DNA of 64,000 nucleotides from Sphagnum compactum (Eukaryota). The DNA is taken from assembly GCA_965153455.1 (NCBI GenBank), contig OZ234493.1, positions 29,316,213 to 29,380,212 on the forward strand, written 5' to 3'. The notes under the pieces were generated by a model. The model was not told where the DNA came from and did no database searches. It saw only the letters and a program-made list of their open reading frames with translations. The position numbers and the translations under genes are program-made. Of the stretch, positions 24,701 to 37,089 are shown in pieces (position 1 is the stretch's first letter; each line of letters begins with the position of its first letter).

Positions 24701-25549
24701 CTGCTGGTGGCTTAAATATCTTTGTGGGTGGTCCCGGCATATGGTGCCATGGACCCTACAAAAATCCCAACCCCTTTTGGTTACAATCTAGCACTCCACA
24801 CACTTTAACCCCCCCAAAAAAAACACCTACACACACACACTCTTTGCTCTTAACTAGATGCTACTTCCAATCTTCCCTAAGCCATAGGTGCTTTACTAGT
24901 GTGTTTTTTTTTTACCCCTTCAAGGTGGACCCTATGTTTTCCTAATACTAAGCTAAAGGGCCATAGAAGTGGGATCATTGGCCCATGCAAATATTTTGGT
25001 CTTGCATGGACATATCGCTCAATTGCATGTCGGTCACATTTTCTTGGTTTTCAGCATTGTGGGTTGTAGTGATTACCTTAACCCTAACTTTAAATGTGGA
25101 GAAATATTGCAACCCATAGGTATGCATGGGCATTTTGCTCCATTGCATCAAAATCCTTGTCTCACAAAGGTAGGCATGCACATTTTGGTCCATTGCAACA
25201 AAATCCTTGTAACACACAGGTATACATGCACATTTTGCTCCATTGTATTAAATTTTTCCAACCCACATGCATGGTCATATTGCCTTGTCTGTCTAGGTAA
25301 GTACTAAATTAAGTATATACTTAATCATGGTCCTTATTTGTTAGTTCTCTTATGCTAAGGATATTTAGGTGGTCCTTAACCTTACCAGGCGTGATCCATT
25401 CCTACATGGAATGAGCCACTATACATACATCACTTGCCAACCTCCTTTTGTTTGTATCTTTGGGAAGATTTTTTAAAATATTTTTTTGTAGAGATTTTAT
25501 ATAAAGGGAAAATAAACTCTAAAATCTATTGTGCTTGAATTTTATCATG

Positions 25550-26520
25550 TTTTGGCCCAAGGATGAGTGCTTGGCTTATAATTCAACTAATCTTCCCAAG
25601 CTTTTGATTAATTTCTTCAATCTTTTTACAACATTTCGAAGACGACTTGAATTGTCTCATTCTTCAATTGAAGGTATTTTTCAATGTGTGTGCACACATC
25701 CCATTAACTCTATGAGTATCCACTTCTTATGTTGTGCTCATGACAACGAACGTACAGGAACCCATGATGTAATTCATGACATTTTTGATGCCATGTTGGT
25801 GTGGGATGTTGGTTTCCACATGAGGCAAAAACAACTACATGCGATTTTTTCAAACACATTCAACTCCTTTTGTTGATGAATCGACATTGTGCTCACCAAA
25901 GATGACATTCGCACCTTAGTTGATGTTGTCATTGTTAATCCAACACAAACAATTTATTTCCTCAATCTTGTGCCACCCAAAGATTTGTTGCTTTTGATGC
26001 AACTCAAGTCAAAAAACGAAGTTATTCCGATTGACACCCCACCGATCAATTCCTCCCCTTAGTAGTGAAGGTATTTGGATGTTTACATAAGCAGGCATAT
26101 GTGTTTTTACACAATTGTGTCAATGCTATTTGGAGTTTGAAAGGACCAAAAGGCCGACCTCCTTCTCTCTTGGTTATTTTTTTTGGGCAAAAAATTTCAA
26201 TCACATTGCAAAAGCTGCAAGGATCCTCCGTTTTAAGTCAAGTGGTAGTCGTAGGCCTAACTACTTTTCGACTTCCACCCTTATAAGACACATCTCACAT
26301 TTCCATGACCGACTTATTGCAAGTGGTCGATTTTTGATATGAAAAAATACAACCGACCTATTACAAGTGGTTGATTTTTGTCATGAATAGGTTTCAACAA
26401 CTAGTTCGAATTAACTTGACGTCTTGTAAATTCTCCTTTTCTTTTCTTCTTATCCCTTTGTACATTTTCTTAATCTATTGTGTGTCTATCAATAAAGTTT
26501 TACAGGGTTGCATCATCAAA
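25550..26520 (+). mobile_element. 5'-truncated, decayed non-LTR retrotransposon (zinc knuckle plus restriction-like endonuclease, CRE/R2 group)
   Basis: Broken frame reads QCVCTHPINSMSIHFLCCAHDNERTGTHDVI (CCHC knuckle plus RHD-like), IDIVLTKDDIRTLVDVVIVNP (PD..D-like), KKRSY and FLPLVVKVFGCL. A T-rich 3' region with AATAAA at ~26491 follows. Confidence 0.7.
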
Positions 26521-27379
26521 GTAAACCCCCTTCTCTTCATCCATAAAAGGGAGGGCCAACATGTGATATGATATATCACACTTTTGATAGATGATCAACA
26601 AATTTTGTCAAAATATTTCATTATTGAAAAAAGGTTTCAATAACAACCCTGAATTTCGAATATTTCAAACTTTTGACATTTCAATATAAGTATGCAAAGC
26701 TTCCTTCAAGTTTTGAGTTTATTGTGGTAACTTTGGAATGCATTGCACACCATATATTTCATAGGTGCAAGCCTCAATTAAAAGAGGTCGAATTTTTTTC
26801 TTCTTCTAACTTAACCTCTTGAAAATTATTTAATGATGAACACCAATCACATATACAGTATGTAAGATGGAATTGGCTATGTTATGATGACCCTTTGAGC
26901 TCTATTGTGGGTGTCATAAACTATTCAATTCACTTACACATTAGGAGTTTTTTTCTTTTTTTTGGTGGTGAATTTTTTATTATCTTTTTTTTTTCTTGCA
27001 AAAATCTTGGGAAATGTGTGCTTTCCGCATAAATCTCCACTTTGACCAAATAAAAATAATTGGCAAAAGTATCACTTGGACACATCTTGCAATTTTGTGA
27101 GGAAATCCAATTTAAAGTTAAGTAATCATAGGAATTCAACCATTTCAAGCATGACTTGGTCATTAGTTTCGAAAGGTAGTATGCTTCAATATGGACATCT
27201 TAAGCATATACTTGTTGATGATCTCACATGTGAACATGGGAACATGGTGGTGTTCATCATCTTTCATTATGAGAAGGGTGTGGCATGGAACTGAGCTGTT
27301 CCCAGCTCCCAATATTGCCTGGTTCCCAAATAGAATAGTCTATTGACAATGAAGAATGGACAAGGAATTGGGATTTGAG

Positions 27380-27490
27380 AGCCAGAGTGCACCAGCAGCA
27401 TCCACCTGTGCACCATGCAGGATGGATGATCTGTGGACAAGAAACATTTTTTCATTATGTTCCTGTCCCATAGCTAACCATAGTGGTTAG
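27380..27490 (+). mobile_element. Solo terminus of the CAGAGTGAACCAGCACCCACC TIR family
   Basis: GCCAGAGTGCACCAGCAGCATCCACCTGTGCACCATGCAGGATGGATG...TGTCCCATAGCTAACC is closely similar to 41381-41490. Confidence 0.7.
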
Positions 27491-29205
27491 CACTATACAG
27501 AAACCATCCACATGCATCTATCTACCAGAGGCATAGAATTATTTTTTTGTTTTTGTGTTCTTACAATGTTCCCAGTATGTTCTCACATGTTTCCAATTAT
27601 GTTCCTCAAGTTCTCCATTTGTTCCCAAGGGTATTCCCACTAGCACCACACTTTTATCCTACATCTTCACATAGAAACTTGTATTTTGAGGAGCTTCCAA
27701 AGTTTTTTTTTGGAGGGGGGGGCGGGCGTGACAAGTCAATCAAAATGGCTCATTGCACCACTGACAAAAAAGGTTTTGGAAGGCACCCCATCTAATTAAT
27801 AGAAGTAACAATAGGTACCCTTAATACCTGAATAGGACACAAAAATATTTTTTTCATTGTGGGGAAGGAAGGGTATTAGATTTTTGTTGTTCCCAATGTG
27901 TTCCTACTCTAGATCCCCATCAAGTTTCCTATGGGTTCTTGACATGTTCCCAATAGTTCCTCACTATGTCCCATATCCCTTGCCCTAAGTTTTACTCTTG
28001 TAAGTAACTTATATACGCACCGCAAAGGAGGAGATTATAACGGATCTATTCAGGACCATCCAAAGCTTTATATATATATATATTGGTGGTGGGCCAATCA
28101 AAGATGACCATCACAAAAGAAAAAAAGAAAAAAACTTTACAAGGTCCTCACAACTAATTAATATGAGTCACAATATGCTACGACACTACAATATGAGAAG
28201 CATGCATGGTCTATTGCAAGATGAGGTCATTTTAACCATCGGAGGGGTTCATTGTAGGTTGACGTTGTAAAACGCCATATGGATAATTTCTTCTTGAATG
28301 CATGAATAATTCTCACACATATGTACGTAAGAATGATCATGGAGGTCTCGATAACAATATTAACAAAGCACACTTAGTAGGCAACCAACCCATGGGAAAA
28401 TATTGACAGCTTCAAACTTGTGCAAAGTGATTTCAAAGTCTGCAAATTTACTTCCCAAAAAAATCTTGCTTCAAAGTCTGCGAAGCAAAATTACTTTAAA
28501 AAAAGACTCTTTGCCTTTTTTTTTAATAAAAAAAAGGTTATGTGGGGGCCTCTGCAGGCATGGCCGCATGTGGTGAAAGAATACTCGAAAACCACGGCGG
28601 AAATCAATGGTTCAAGTTGAGCTCATGCAAATCGATCATGCAGGTTTGTCAACCAGTTGGTTTTGGCGTCAAATAGTGAGTTGCCAAACGGGCATCCAAC
28701 AAAATGGTATTACCAAGTTGTAGGTTAAAATAGGCTTTCCTTTTGACAAATTTGCATGACACCTTCAGCATGACGGGAGCCACTGCAGCAGCACGTACTT
28801 GAAAAATAACAACATCAAAATAATTTATTGTCCACAATCGACAAATCGTCAAACAAGAAGCTGACAAAAGGGAGCTTTATATGGACGGTTGTACCTATGG
28901 TTGGAAACTACATCTTGAGCTTTTTCAGAGCTTAATAAAATTTTTAAAAATTCAGTGGAAATTTTATAGGAGGTTCCTCAGCCAGGGGTTTAGGGTTTAG
29001 AGTTTTTTTCCCATTTTTTTAATGTAAAAAATTTGGCAAAATTTTCCCCAGAAATTAAAAAATCCGTCAACTTTTCACTAGGAAATAAGAAAGAAATAAT
29101 AAAAAATTTCCCAGATTTTTTTGGTCAGAAAATGACAAAACATGTGGAAACAATAACAAATTGTTCCTCAGAGGGGAGGGAGCCCAAGGGAGTTTCTGTT
29201 GAGAC

Positions 29206-29597
29206 CAGTTTTGGGTGGTTAAGTAGAAACTGGAACAGACCTCAGGTTCGTAACCACGGTTCTAAAAAACAACAAACCCTAAACCCTGGTATCAAAGGAT
29301 TCTTAAAACCAACAAACCCATTTTCCGTATGTAAACCACCATCCTCAAGATCAAATAACCGCCCATAAAACCTTTGGTCACTCTTTATTACTACTAGTTC
29401 TTTTCATAAAAAAACCATGGTCTTCAAACATTTTTGACTTGTTTTGACTTGTTTCTCATGCAGTTCTTCGATCTGATTTTATTTTATTTTTCAAAGACAT
29501 GCAATTGGCAATTCTTTGATTCTGAAATATACATAATTTTTAAAAAAAAAAGGGATCCAACGGTTATTTCTAATTTTTATATAACCGCACAAGACAG
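29206..29597. mobile_element. hAT-type MITE, 392 bp
   Basis: Termini CAGTTTTGGGTGGTT and AACCGCACAAGACAG. 8-bp flanks GTTGAGAC (29198-29205) and GTTGAAAC (29598-29605). Confidence 0.7.
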
Positions 29598-31404
29598 GTT
29601 GAAACTGGATAGGATTTCTAGGGAGTTCATAGGGTTTGTAGGGCTCTTCGGTCTGGGGGGGTGAACATTGAACCTGCACCAAAGTAATAATATATAATAA
29701 ATAATAAAAGAAACTAAGAGCGTTCGTTGGGAGCCATCCAAATTTGGTTAGAAATTGTTATTATAAGCTGAGCAGCTGAAGGAAGGAATGACACATGGAG
29801 GAGACCAAGGGTACTTACTAAGCTTACTTGTTCAAACTTATTAATAGAGAGTAATGCATTGGATGCTGTAGTCTTAGTAGGAGCACAAAGCACCAACATG
29901 TGGGGTCTCCCATCCCTGACCAGAAAAAGCCTAGTTGGAATGGAGGGTTCTAGTTAAGTATCAAGGAATATATTATTTATTGTGCAAAGATTTGGATCAA
30001 CTGGGTTAAGGATGAGACAAAAGCCCATTTGCAATGTAGGGTTGTTGTGAACTAAGGAAGAATATATATATATTATATAAATAGGAGAGGTCCCCTTGAA
30101 CTGGTGAATTGAGAGGGTGACTCAAAAGCCTACTTGAAACAGAGGGTTCTGGTAAATTGTGTGTTTTTAAAAGTGTAGGGTAACGCCAGACACGGGGGAA
30201 GGGGATATTGAATTTTGGAATCCTTTTTCTCATTGCAATAGGCTGATTTTCCTGTCCACTACATCCACGAGGAAGGTCAGAATCGGAACAGTTGAACTGG
30301 TCAGTTGATCTTTCAAAAGATGCCAGGCATTTAGGTGCGCTAGGTTCTCGCTCTTCTTCGCAATGAATGCCGAGTATGTTGTTGTCATCACCAACCATTT
30401 TGACAACAAGGTAATGGAAAGTAACTGACATCCTTCCTATAGGAACACCCAAGTTTTATTGGATAGTGCAACCGTTTTGGAAATGTGTATAATAATAACA
30501 TCATTAATGTTGAGAACATAAAAACCTTGAAATATCTTAGTTTATTTTTAGGATGTTTCTAGTCATCGTTTAAAAATCTACCACTTTACCATTTACTTTT
30601 GGGGGGGGGCTTGCCAAGCGACACAAGAAAGTTGGTGTCCACAAGTACGTCCATGAGATCCAAACTAATCAAAGGAAACATAATGCTAAAACCTTGTTGC
30701 AGGTTGACATTCCATTTGTAGTATAAAATCTTGATCTGAAAGCAAAGCCTGGCCAAAGTTGCAAATTCTAAATAACCTCTCGTTATGTTCAAACTTCGGG
30801 AGCCAACAACAAAGCTCAGAAGTTAGTGTGATCTCATAAACTACAGCCCAGGGCCCCGACTGTAGTTTGTGCAATCACACTAACTTCTGATTATGTTACA
30901 AAACTGAGAATTGATAAGTAAGCCTACCTATGATAGATAACACTAACCGTATATTCAGTTGCACTGTTTCAGAGTTTCATCAAACATAGCTAACATGAAA
31001 ACCAGTGTTTTTTTGTTAAATTTCTCTTTTCCAAAGAAAGAACAGATGGGTATTGGGTGGTGGCGTATGGACACCTGATGAAATCAAAGAATTAGTCATA
31101 TGACCAAAGGCTAGGTGAATACTAAAGTTTCCAAAGAAATTGGAATGGAATTGGTGGTTTTTTTTAATTTCAGAGAGTTTCCCAAATAAAATTGGAACCA
31201 AATGTTATCAACAAATTCAAAGAGCCACATAGGACATAACATGGCAAACACTTAATGGTAGCAACGAATTAAATGTGGCACCGGGCTTAATATAACTATA
31301 ATATAATATAATACAGTGCCCAATTTAAAAATTAGTTTTTTCTATATTGTACCCATTCAATGATTAATTGTTTTTGTTTTAACATTATTTTCAAAGAAAA
31401 ATAA

Positions 31405-31456
31405 TTAATGCAATGGTTAGTATCTCCCTTGCAACACAAAGGTCCTGGGTTCAAAT
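31405..31456 (+). pseudogene. tRNA-derived (SINE-like) relic interrupted by a MITE
   Basis: A-box-like GCAATGGTTAG and T-arm/B-box GGTCCTGGGTTCAAA, which continues as CC after the inserted MITE. No intact cloverleaf. Confidence 0.45.
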
Positions 31457-32237
31457 CAATGTTGGGCAATTCTCAAATTGTTGACCTGGTTCTCAACCTG
31501 GTTCTCCGCCTGGTTTTCATAATGACATCAGGTTCTCGCATGACTGGGAACCGGTTATGAGAACCAGTTCAAATCTATACATATATATTTTTTTGTAGAA
31601 TGGGACAGGTGCTCTCATAGAACTTAAATCCGGTTCTCAGAGTCTCTATATCATTTTTTAGTTCTTCTTGTTCTTCTTCTCACATGGGGCTGCTGCAATT
31701 GCCTCCTCTTGTTCTTCTTCTCACTTGGGGCTTCTAATCTTCTCCTCTTTCTTATTTTTTTTCCTTTTTCTTCTATTACTCTTCTTCCATTATTATTCTT
31801 CTCTCTTTATTGCTATTACTCTTCTTTTTCCTGCTATTGTTTTTTCCCCCATTATTACTTTTCTTTATTTATTGTTATTACTCTTCCTTTTATTACCATT
31901 ATTCTGTTCCCATTGCTCTTATTCTTTTCCTATTGTTGTTACTCTTCTCACATGGTGTTGCTCTTTCACGTGATGAGGTAATTAAATTATTAAAAATGAT
32001 TCTAATTAATGAAAAATTTAATAATCAGGTTGTGAAAACCAGTTGTTGTTGTATATATGAAAATCTCCTTATCTGAAAACTGGGTGAGTTTGCAAAAAAT
32101 AAAAAAATTCATAACTTGACTAATTTTCACCAACCCAATATAATTTATATATTAGAGAATTGATCAAGTTCTCATAACGTCATGAGAGAACCAAAACCAG
32201 TTAGTTCCCACCAAAATGTGAGAACTGCCCAACATTG
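31457..32237. mobile_element. hAT-type MITE, 781 bp, nested
   Basis: TIRs CAATGTTGGGCAATTCTCA and TGAGAACTGCCCAACATTG (18/19). 8-bp TSD GTTCAAAT (31449-31456) and GTTCAAAC (32238-32245). Confidence 0.85.
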
Positions 32238-34293
32238 GTTCAAACCTTTTCTTGAATTTTTATTTTTTCATTCACGAACCAAATGGATGAATATAAATTG
32301 CCTTTTGACAAATTTTTTAAGTTAGTTGCCCAAGAACAATTTCTTCGAAAAGAATCATGTTATTAAGGGAACAAGGGTTTAAGTTGCATCGGGGAACAAT
32401 GATGTTCTTGGAGGAGAAAGAGTTCATTCTCCTCAAGGAAATAATTATTCTCCAGAGAAAAAAAGGCTTAAGTTGTTCGTTGGGGTAATTTAAGCTCCTT
32501 CTCCCCAAGGACATGATTGTTCCCTAGGGGAAAAAAAGGCTTAAGTTGTTCCTTGAGCCAACTAAAGTTCTTTTTCAATTGGGACACGATTGTTCCCTAG
32601 GGGAAAAAAAGTTTAAATTGTTCCCCGGGGCAACTTAAACTCCTCCCTAGGGGAAAAAAAGGCTTAAGTTGTTCCTTGAGCCAACTAAAGTTCTTTTTCA
32701 ATTGGGACACGATTGTTCCCTAGGGGAAAAAAAAATTTAATTGTTCCCTGGGGCAACTTAAACTCCTCCCTAGGGACATGATTGTTCCTCAAGGGAAAAA
32801 CCAACTTCCCTGAAAAACAATGCACTTTCCTCAATGAAACATATGTTCCGAATCTTTTTGTAATCACAACCATTTCATGTTCGTTTTTATATAGCCTTGC
32901 GATCCATCATTGGAAAATCTAGAGGAAGGCTACAACTTTATAGTTGGAAGTATTTCAATTAGAATTCAAATGCAAAATTTATAATCAAATAAAATTTCGA
33001 ACACATTTGTTCTCCAGGACATTGTTGTTCCCTCATGCAACTTAAGCTATTGCTCCTTTGGGGACATGGTTGGCCTTGGGGAAAAAAACATGCATAAATT
33101 AACCCAGGAAGTAACCACATGTCCCCTGGGGAGAAAGGGTCCAAAATTGCCTTGGGGAGCAAACATGTTCTTCAGGGAACAAATGCGTTTGAAACTTTAT
33201 ATGATCATAACTTTTGCATATGAGTTATGATTGAAGTGCTTCCAACTACAAAGTTGTAAGTCTCCTTGAAGCCTTACAAATGATAGGTTGCAAGCCTATG
33301 TGAAAAAAAATTGAAATGCTTATGATTACAAAAACATTTAAAACATATGTTTCCCCAAGGACTAAACCTTTCCCAGGGAAAGTTTGTTATTCATGCGAAG
33401 AAGTTTTTTTTTTCCTCGGGGAATAATGATGTCCCCAAGGAGAAGGAGTTTAAGTTGCCTCAAGAAAAAACTTAAACCTTTTTCTCCCCGAAGGACTATC
33501 CTATCCTTGGGGAGAAAAAATTAAGTTGCTTTGGGGAACAATCATGTGCTCAAGGAATAAATGTGTCTATTTTTATTTTATTTTAATCGTAACTTTTGCA
33601 TATGAACTCTGATTTAAGTGTTCCAATTACAAAGTTGTAGCCCCCTTTGAAACCTTTCCAATGATAGGTCGCAAGCCTATAGAAAACTGAACATGAAATG
33701 GTTGTGATTGCAAAAAAAATTAGAACATATGTTTCTTGGGGGAACTTGGGCCTTTCCCTAAGGAAAATGCATTGCTCCCAAAAGAAGCTACCTTTTTCCT
33801 TAGGAACTTAGGCCTCTCCTTGGGGGAAGTACATTGTTCCATAGGGAAGGTGCCTTTCTCCCAAAAAACTTGTGCCCTTCCCTGGGGATAATTCATTGTT
33901 TTTCAGGGAAGTTTTTTCCCCAAAGAACTTTTCTTACTCCATGGGGAATTTGTTTGGGAGTGGCACATAGTCTTCTTTTCCTTAAGGAAATTACTTCCTA
34001 AAGACAATTAACTTAAAATATATATTTAAATGTTCTATGAATTTTTTGATCCATTTCATTTGTTGGTAAAAATAATTGGGAAAAAAACCCTAGACCTTTG
34101 GGTTCAAGTGAGGATTTTAACAATTACATTCTTTGAGACTATTGATACTTACAATGTTAATCATTGTGTGGGTATAATGTAAAAAATTGAATTTTTTTCA
34201 TGTTGAACATTGTATTACAAATGTGTCAATCCCAATGCCGCATTTAATTTGTTGCTACTATTTAATGTTTGTCAACACAACACTAGTACAAAC

Positions 34294-34714
34294 TAATGTT
34301 TGGGGTGGGTACCTACCTGCTTTGGTGGATAAGAATGGTTGGATCTAGTTCTATTCAATAAATACTAAATGGGAACAAAGTCTGGTTTTTAAAAATGGGA
34401 ACATTTGCTTCTTGATTCTTGTGTACGGAATTGGGACCAAAAGTTCAAATCCATTTGTTTAATCCAAAAACAATTTCATTAATATGGAAGGTTAATCAAA
34501 AGTTAACCAATAATTAATTGTTGCTTTTAATCCATGTTAGTAAGAAACATGAAATTGAAACTAAGTTTGATTTTTAGAACCAATTTTTTGAAAAAAAGAA
34601 TCAAACTTGAAACTAGATTAGTAGTTCCATTTGTGTGAAATTGGGGCCAAGACAATTTTAATTATTTTTTTTAGACCAAGAGGTTTTCATAGAAGAAAAA
34701 ACCACCCAACACCA
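34294..34714. mobile_element. Degenerate hAT-type MITE
   Basis: Termini TAATGTTTGGGGTGG and AACCACCCAACACCA. Flanks GTACAAAC and ATACAAAA. Confidence 0.55.
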
Positions 34715-37089
34715 ATACAAAATACAAACTATATGTGAGAAGAAAAAGGTTACCTTGGAGCCTCAATTGACAAATCATGTACAAAATGTGCTCACACTGG
34801 AAGAATGAAACATCCCTATATTAAAGACCTAAAATAAACAAGTATTCAAGTTGAAACTCGAAACCTTTCATGAAAGGCAAATTTGTGAGTTGGTTAACAA
34901 AATAGGAATATGTGTATTTTTATTCATTTGGACCTAAATGTAAGAAATAACAACATATGAGTTTCAATCTGCCCATCAACTTAGTCAAAGTCATAATATA
35001 TTTTATACGACTCTTAGTCAACTTGGTAAAATTTTGGACTCTAATTTCACTAACACCTTGTGATGTAGGTTCTTGTCTTAGAATTATAGAAAGGGCTAAA
35101 ACAAAACAAACACTTGAGCCAATAAATGTTTAACCCTTATTGACATTTGACAAAACAGTCCTAATACAAAAGTTGGACCATACCTCACAAGTGTGCCCAA
35201 AAGTGAGGAATTTTGTTGAAATTTTAAAAATCCAATTTTGTAGAATTGTACCATACTTCAAGTTGAATCCTTTGATTTTAAAAAAAAAAGACTTGGTTCA
35301 AAAATGGAAAATCCCCACTGTTGAAATTTTAGTTTTTAAAAATTTGGGTAACTAAATCAAAATTACAAGTTTACACCAAGATACTATGTTTTATCGATGA
35401 TAAAAATTCTAAGGTATATAGAAAACATCTATATGCACAATGTGAAAAAAATATTGTGCAAAATCAAATTGAGATGAGGAAGAAATGGATGGTCAAATTT
35501 CGCCATCCAATGTAACTCTACACAAAATCATACAAAATTCATCTAATTCTAGGCAAAAACAAATCACTAGTGTTTGGGACTATTTTTAACCTTGATTTTT
35601 TTTGCACACCTTGTATGAGCTAACCCCTTTCACATGTTCCTTAGTTTTGTAACATGGGCAAAGAGCAAAATTTAGAAGTGGAGTTGTTAAATGTTGCCCA
35701 AGCTTGAAAAAACTTGCCAATGTGGCTCAAGAAATTAAAATGGGACATTGTAAGTGTGAAAAAGATGGTATAACATGTTCCTTATACTATGAGCATGTCA
35801 ATTTTTTGCCTCCTTCATTGTTGGTAGGAAAAACAGTGAGGTGGCAAACCATATTGGTTTGTTTGACCATACGAGGGTTAAACACCTTATATCTTTGGGG
35901 ACATGCTCACATTCTCCAAATCCAATGTTGTGTGCAAATTGTTATTTGATGACCTCGAGCTATCATGGTTTTCAAACAATGTGAACTTTTGTATCGGTGA
36001 AGGGACTTTTTTGAAACCCTTAAGGCTTATGGATTAATGCTAATGAGAGCTATTAGGTTATCACATATAATTGAGCCATGGGAGTAGCAAGATTATGTGC
36101 AATAATTAAACAACTTGGGTTACTTACCAAACATAGCCGGTTGGTGAATGGGTGTTGAGCACATTCATGTTCACCTCCCATTAGACATAGTAGAAATTTG
36201 TGAATGGTGTGTGTTCCTGTGAATGTTGGCATGGGTTATGGAAGTCCAACAACCAAGCATGCTCTTGAGAACTTGGAGGTGGGTTATAGACTTGGTCAAT
36301 CTAGTGGCATCACACACAAGGGTTATGAGTTATAACTAATGTTATTTTGGTATTAGGAAAATCTTAGGTACAAACCTAGGTATGCATTAAGGTATAAAGG
36401 GCTTTACCCATAGGTTATCAAAGTTACAAGAAACAAGTTGAAAACCTTGTTAGTTTTAGGTGAAGGCAGTACGTTAGGTTTATCTAAACATATGGGTTTA
36501 AGGTTTTGCAAAACTTGTGTGATACCAGCGCCTAGTCACTTGCATTGAGCTCCAAAATGGAGAAATTGGTACAATTAGGTTACTTTTACATGTTTATGAT
36601 TTATGAATGACTTATTTGTAAATGGTGGTGTAGATTTGATAGGATCCCTTTTGCATTTAGGAATCATTCTTGAACTTTCATTTGCTATTTCCTAGAGGAC
36701 TTGTATATTAGAGGTAATTTGTTTTTACTTTTTTGTTCATTTCCCTTGTGTCGATTCTTTTCATGTTTCTTTGTGTTTTGCATATTTGCATTACGTTTAA
36801 TGTTTTTTGTGTTTCCAATGTCTTGTGTGTTTTTTGTGTTTGTGGTTTGTTAAAGGTTGAATCAACTTTGGATATGGATGTGTTTGAGCTGCTAGATTTT
36901 TATATAGATGAATTTCACATTGTAGGTTTGGTAATTTGTTTGTTAACAAACTTGAAAGTTTTATGTTATCAAGGGAGGTGTTGCAAGTTGAAGCTGTAGC
37001 TGATGAAGAACAATGAGTTGAAGAAGAAGCATTTTGGAAATAATGATTGACACAATTCATCACTAACCAAAGTTTCTAAGTTCCATTTC

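Larger units (their letters stand above)
31242..34274. mobile_element. ~3-kb non-autonomous TIR element with internal TTCCC/GGGAA arrays
   Basis: 44-bp inverted termini (TGGCAAACACTTAATGGTAGCAACGAATTAAATGTGGCACCGGG versus the reverse complement of 34231-34274, 36/44 identical). Internal inverted and direct repeats at 32840-33740. TSD not resolved. Confidence 0.7.

Noticed and set aside
28985..29000. Telomere-like TTTAGGG
   Set aside because: Only about two units, too short to call an interstitial telomere.
31660..31960. Hydrophobic ORFs resembling membrane proteins
   Set aside because: Translation of TTC/TTA low-complexity sequence inside a MITE.
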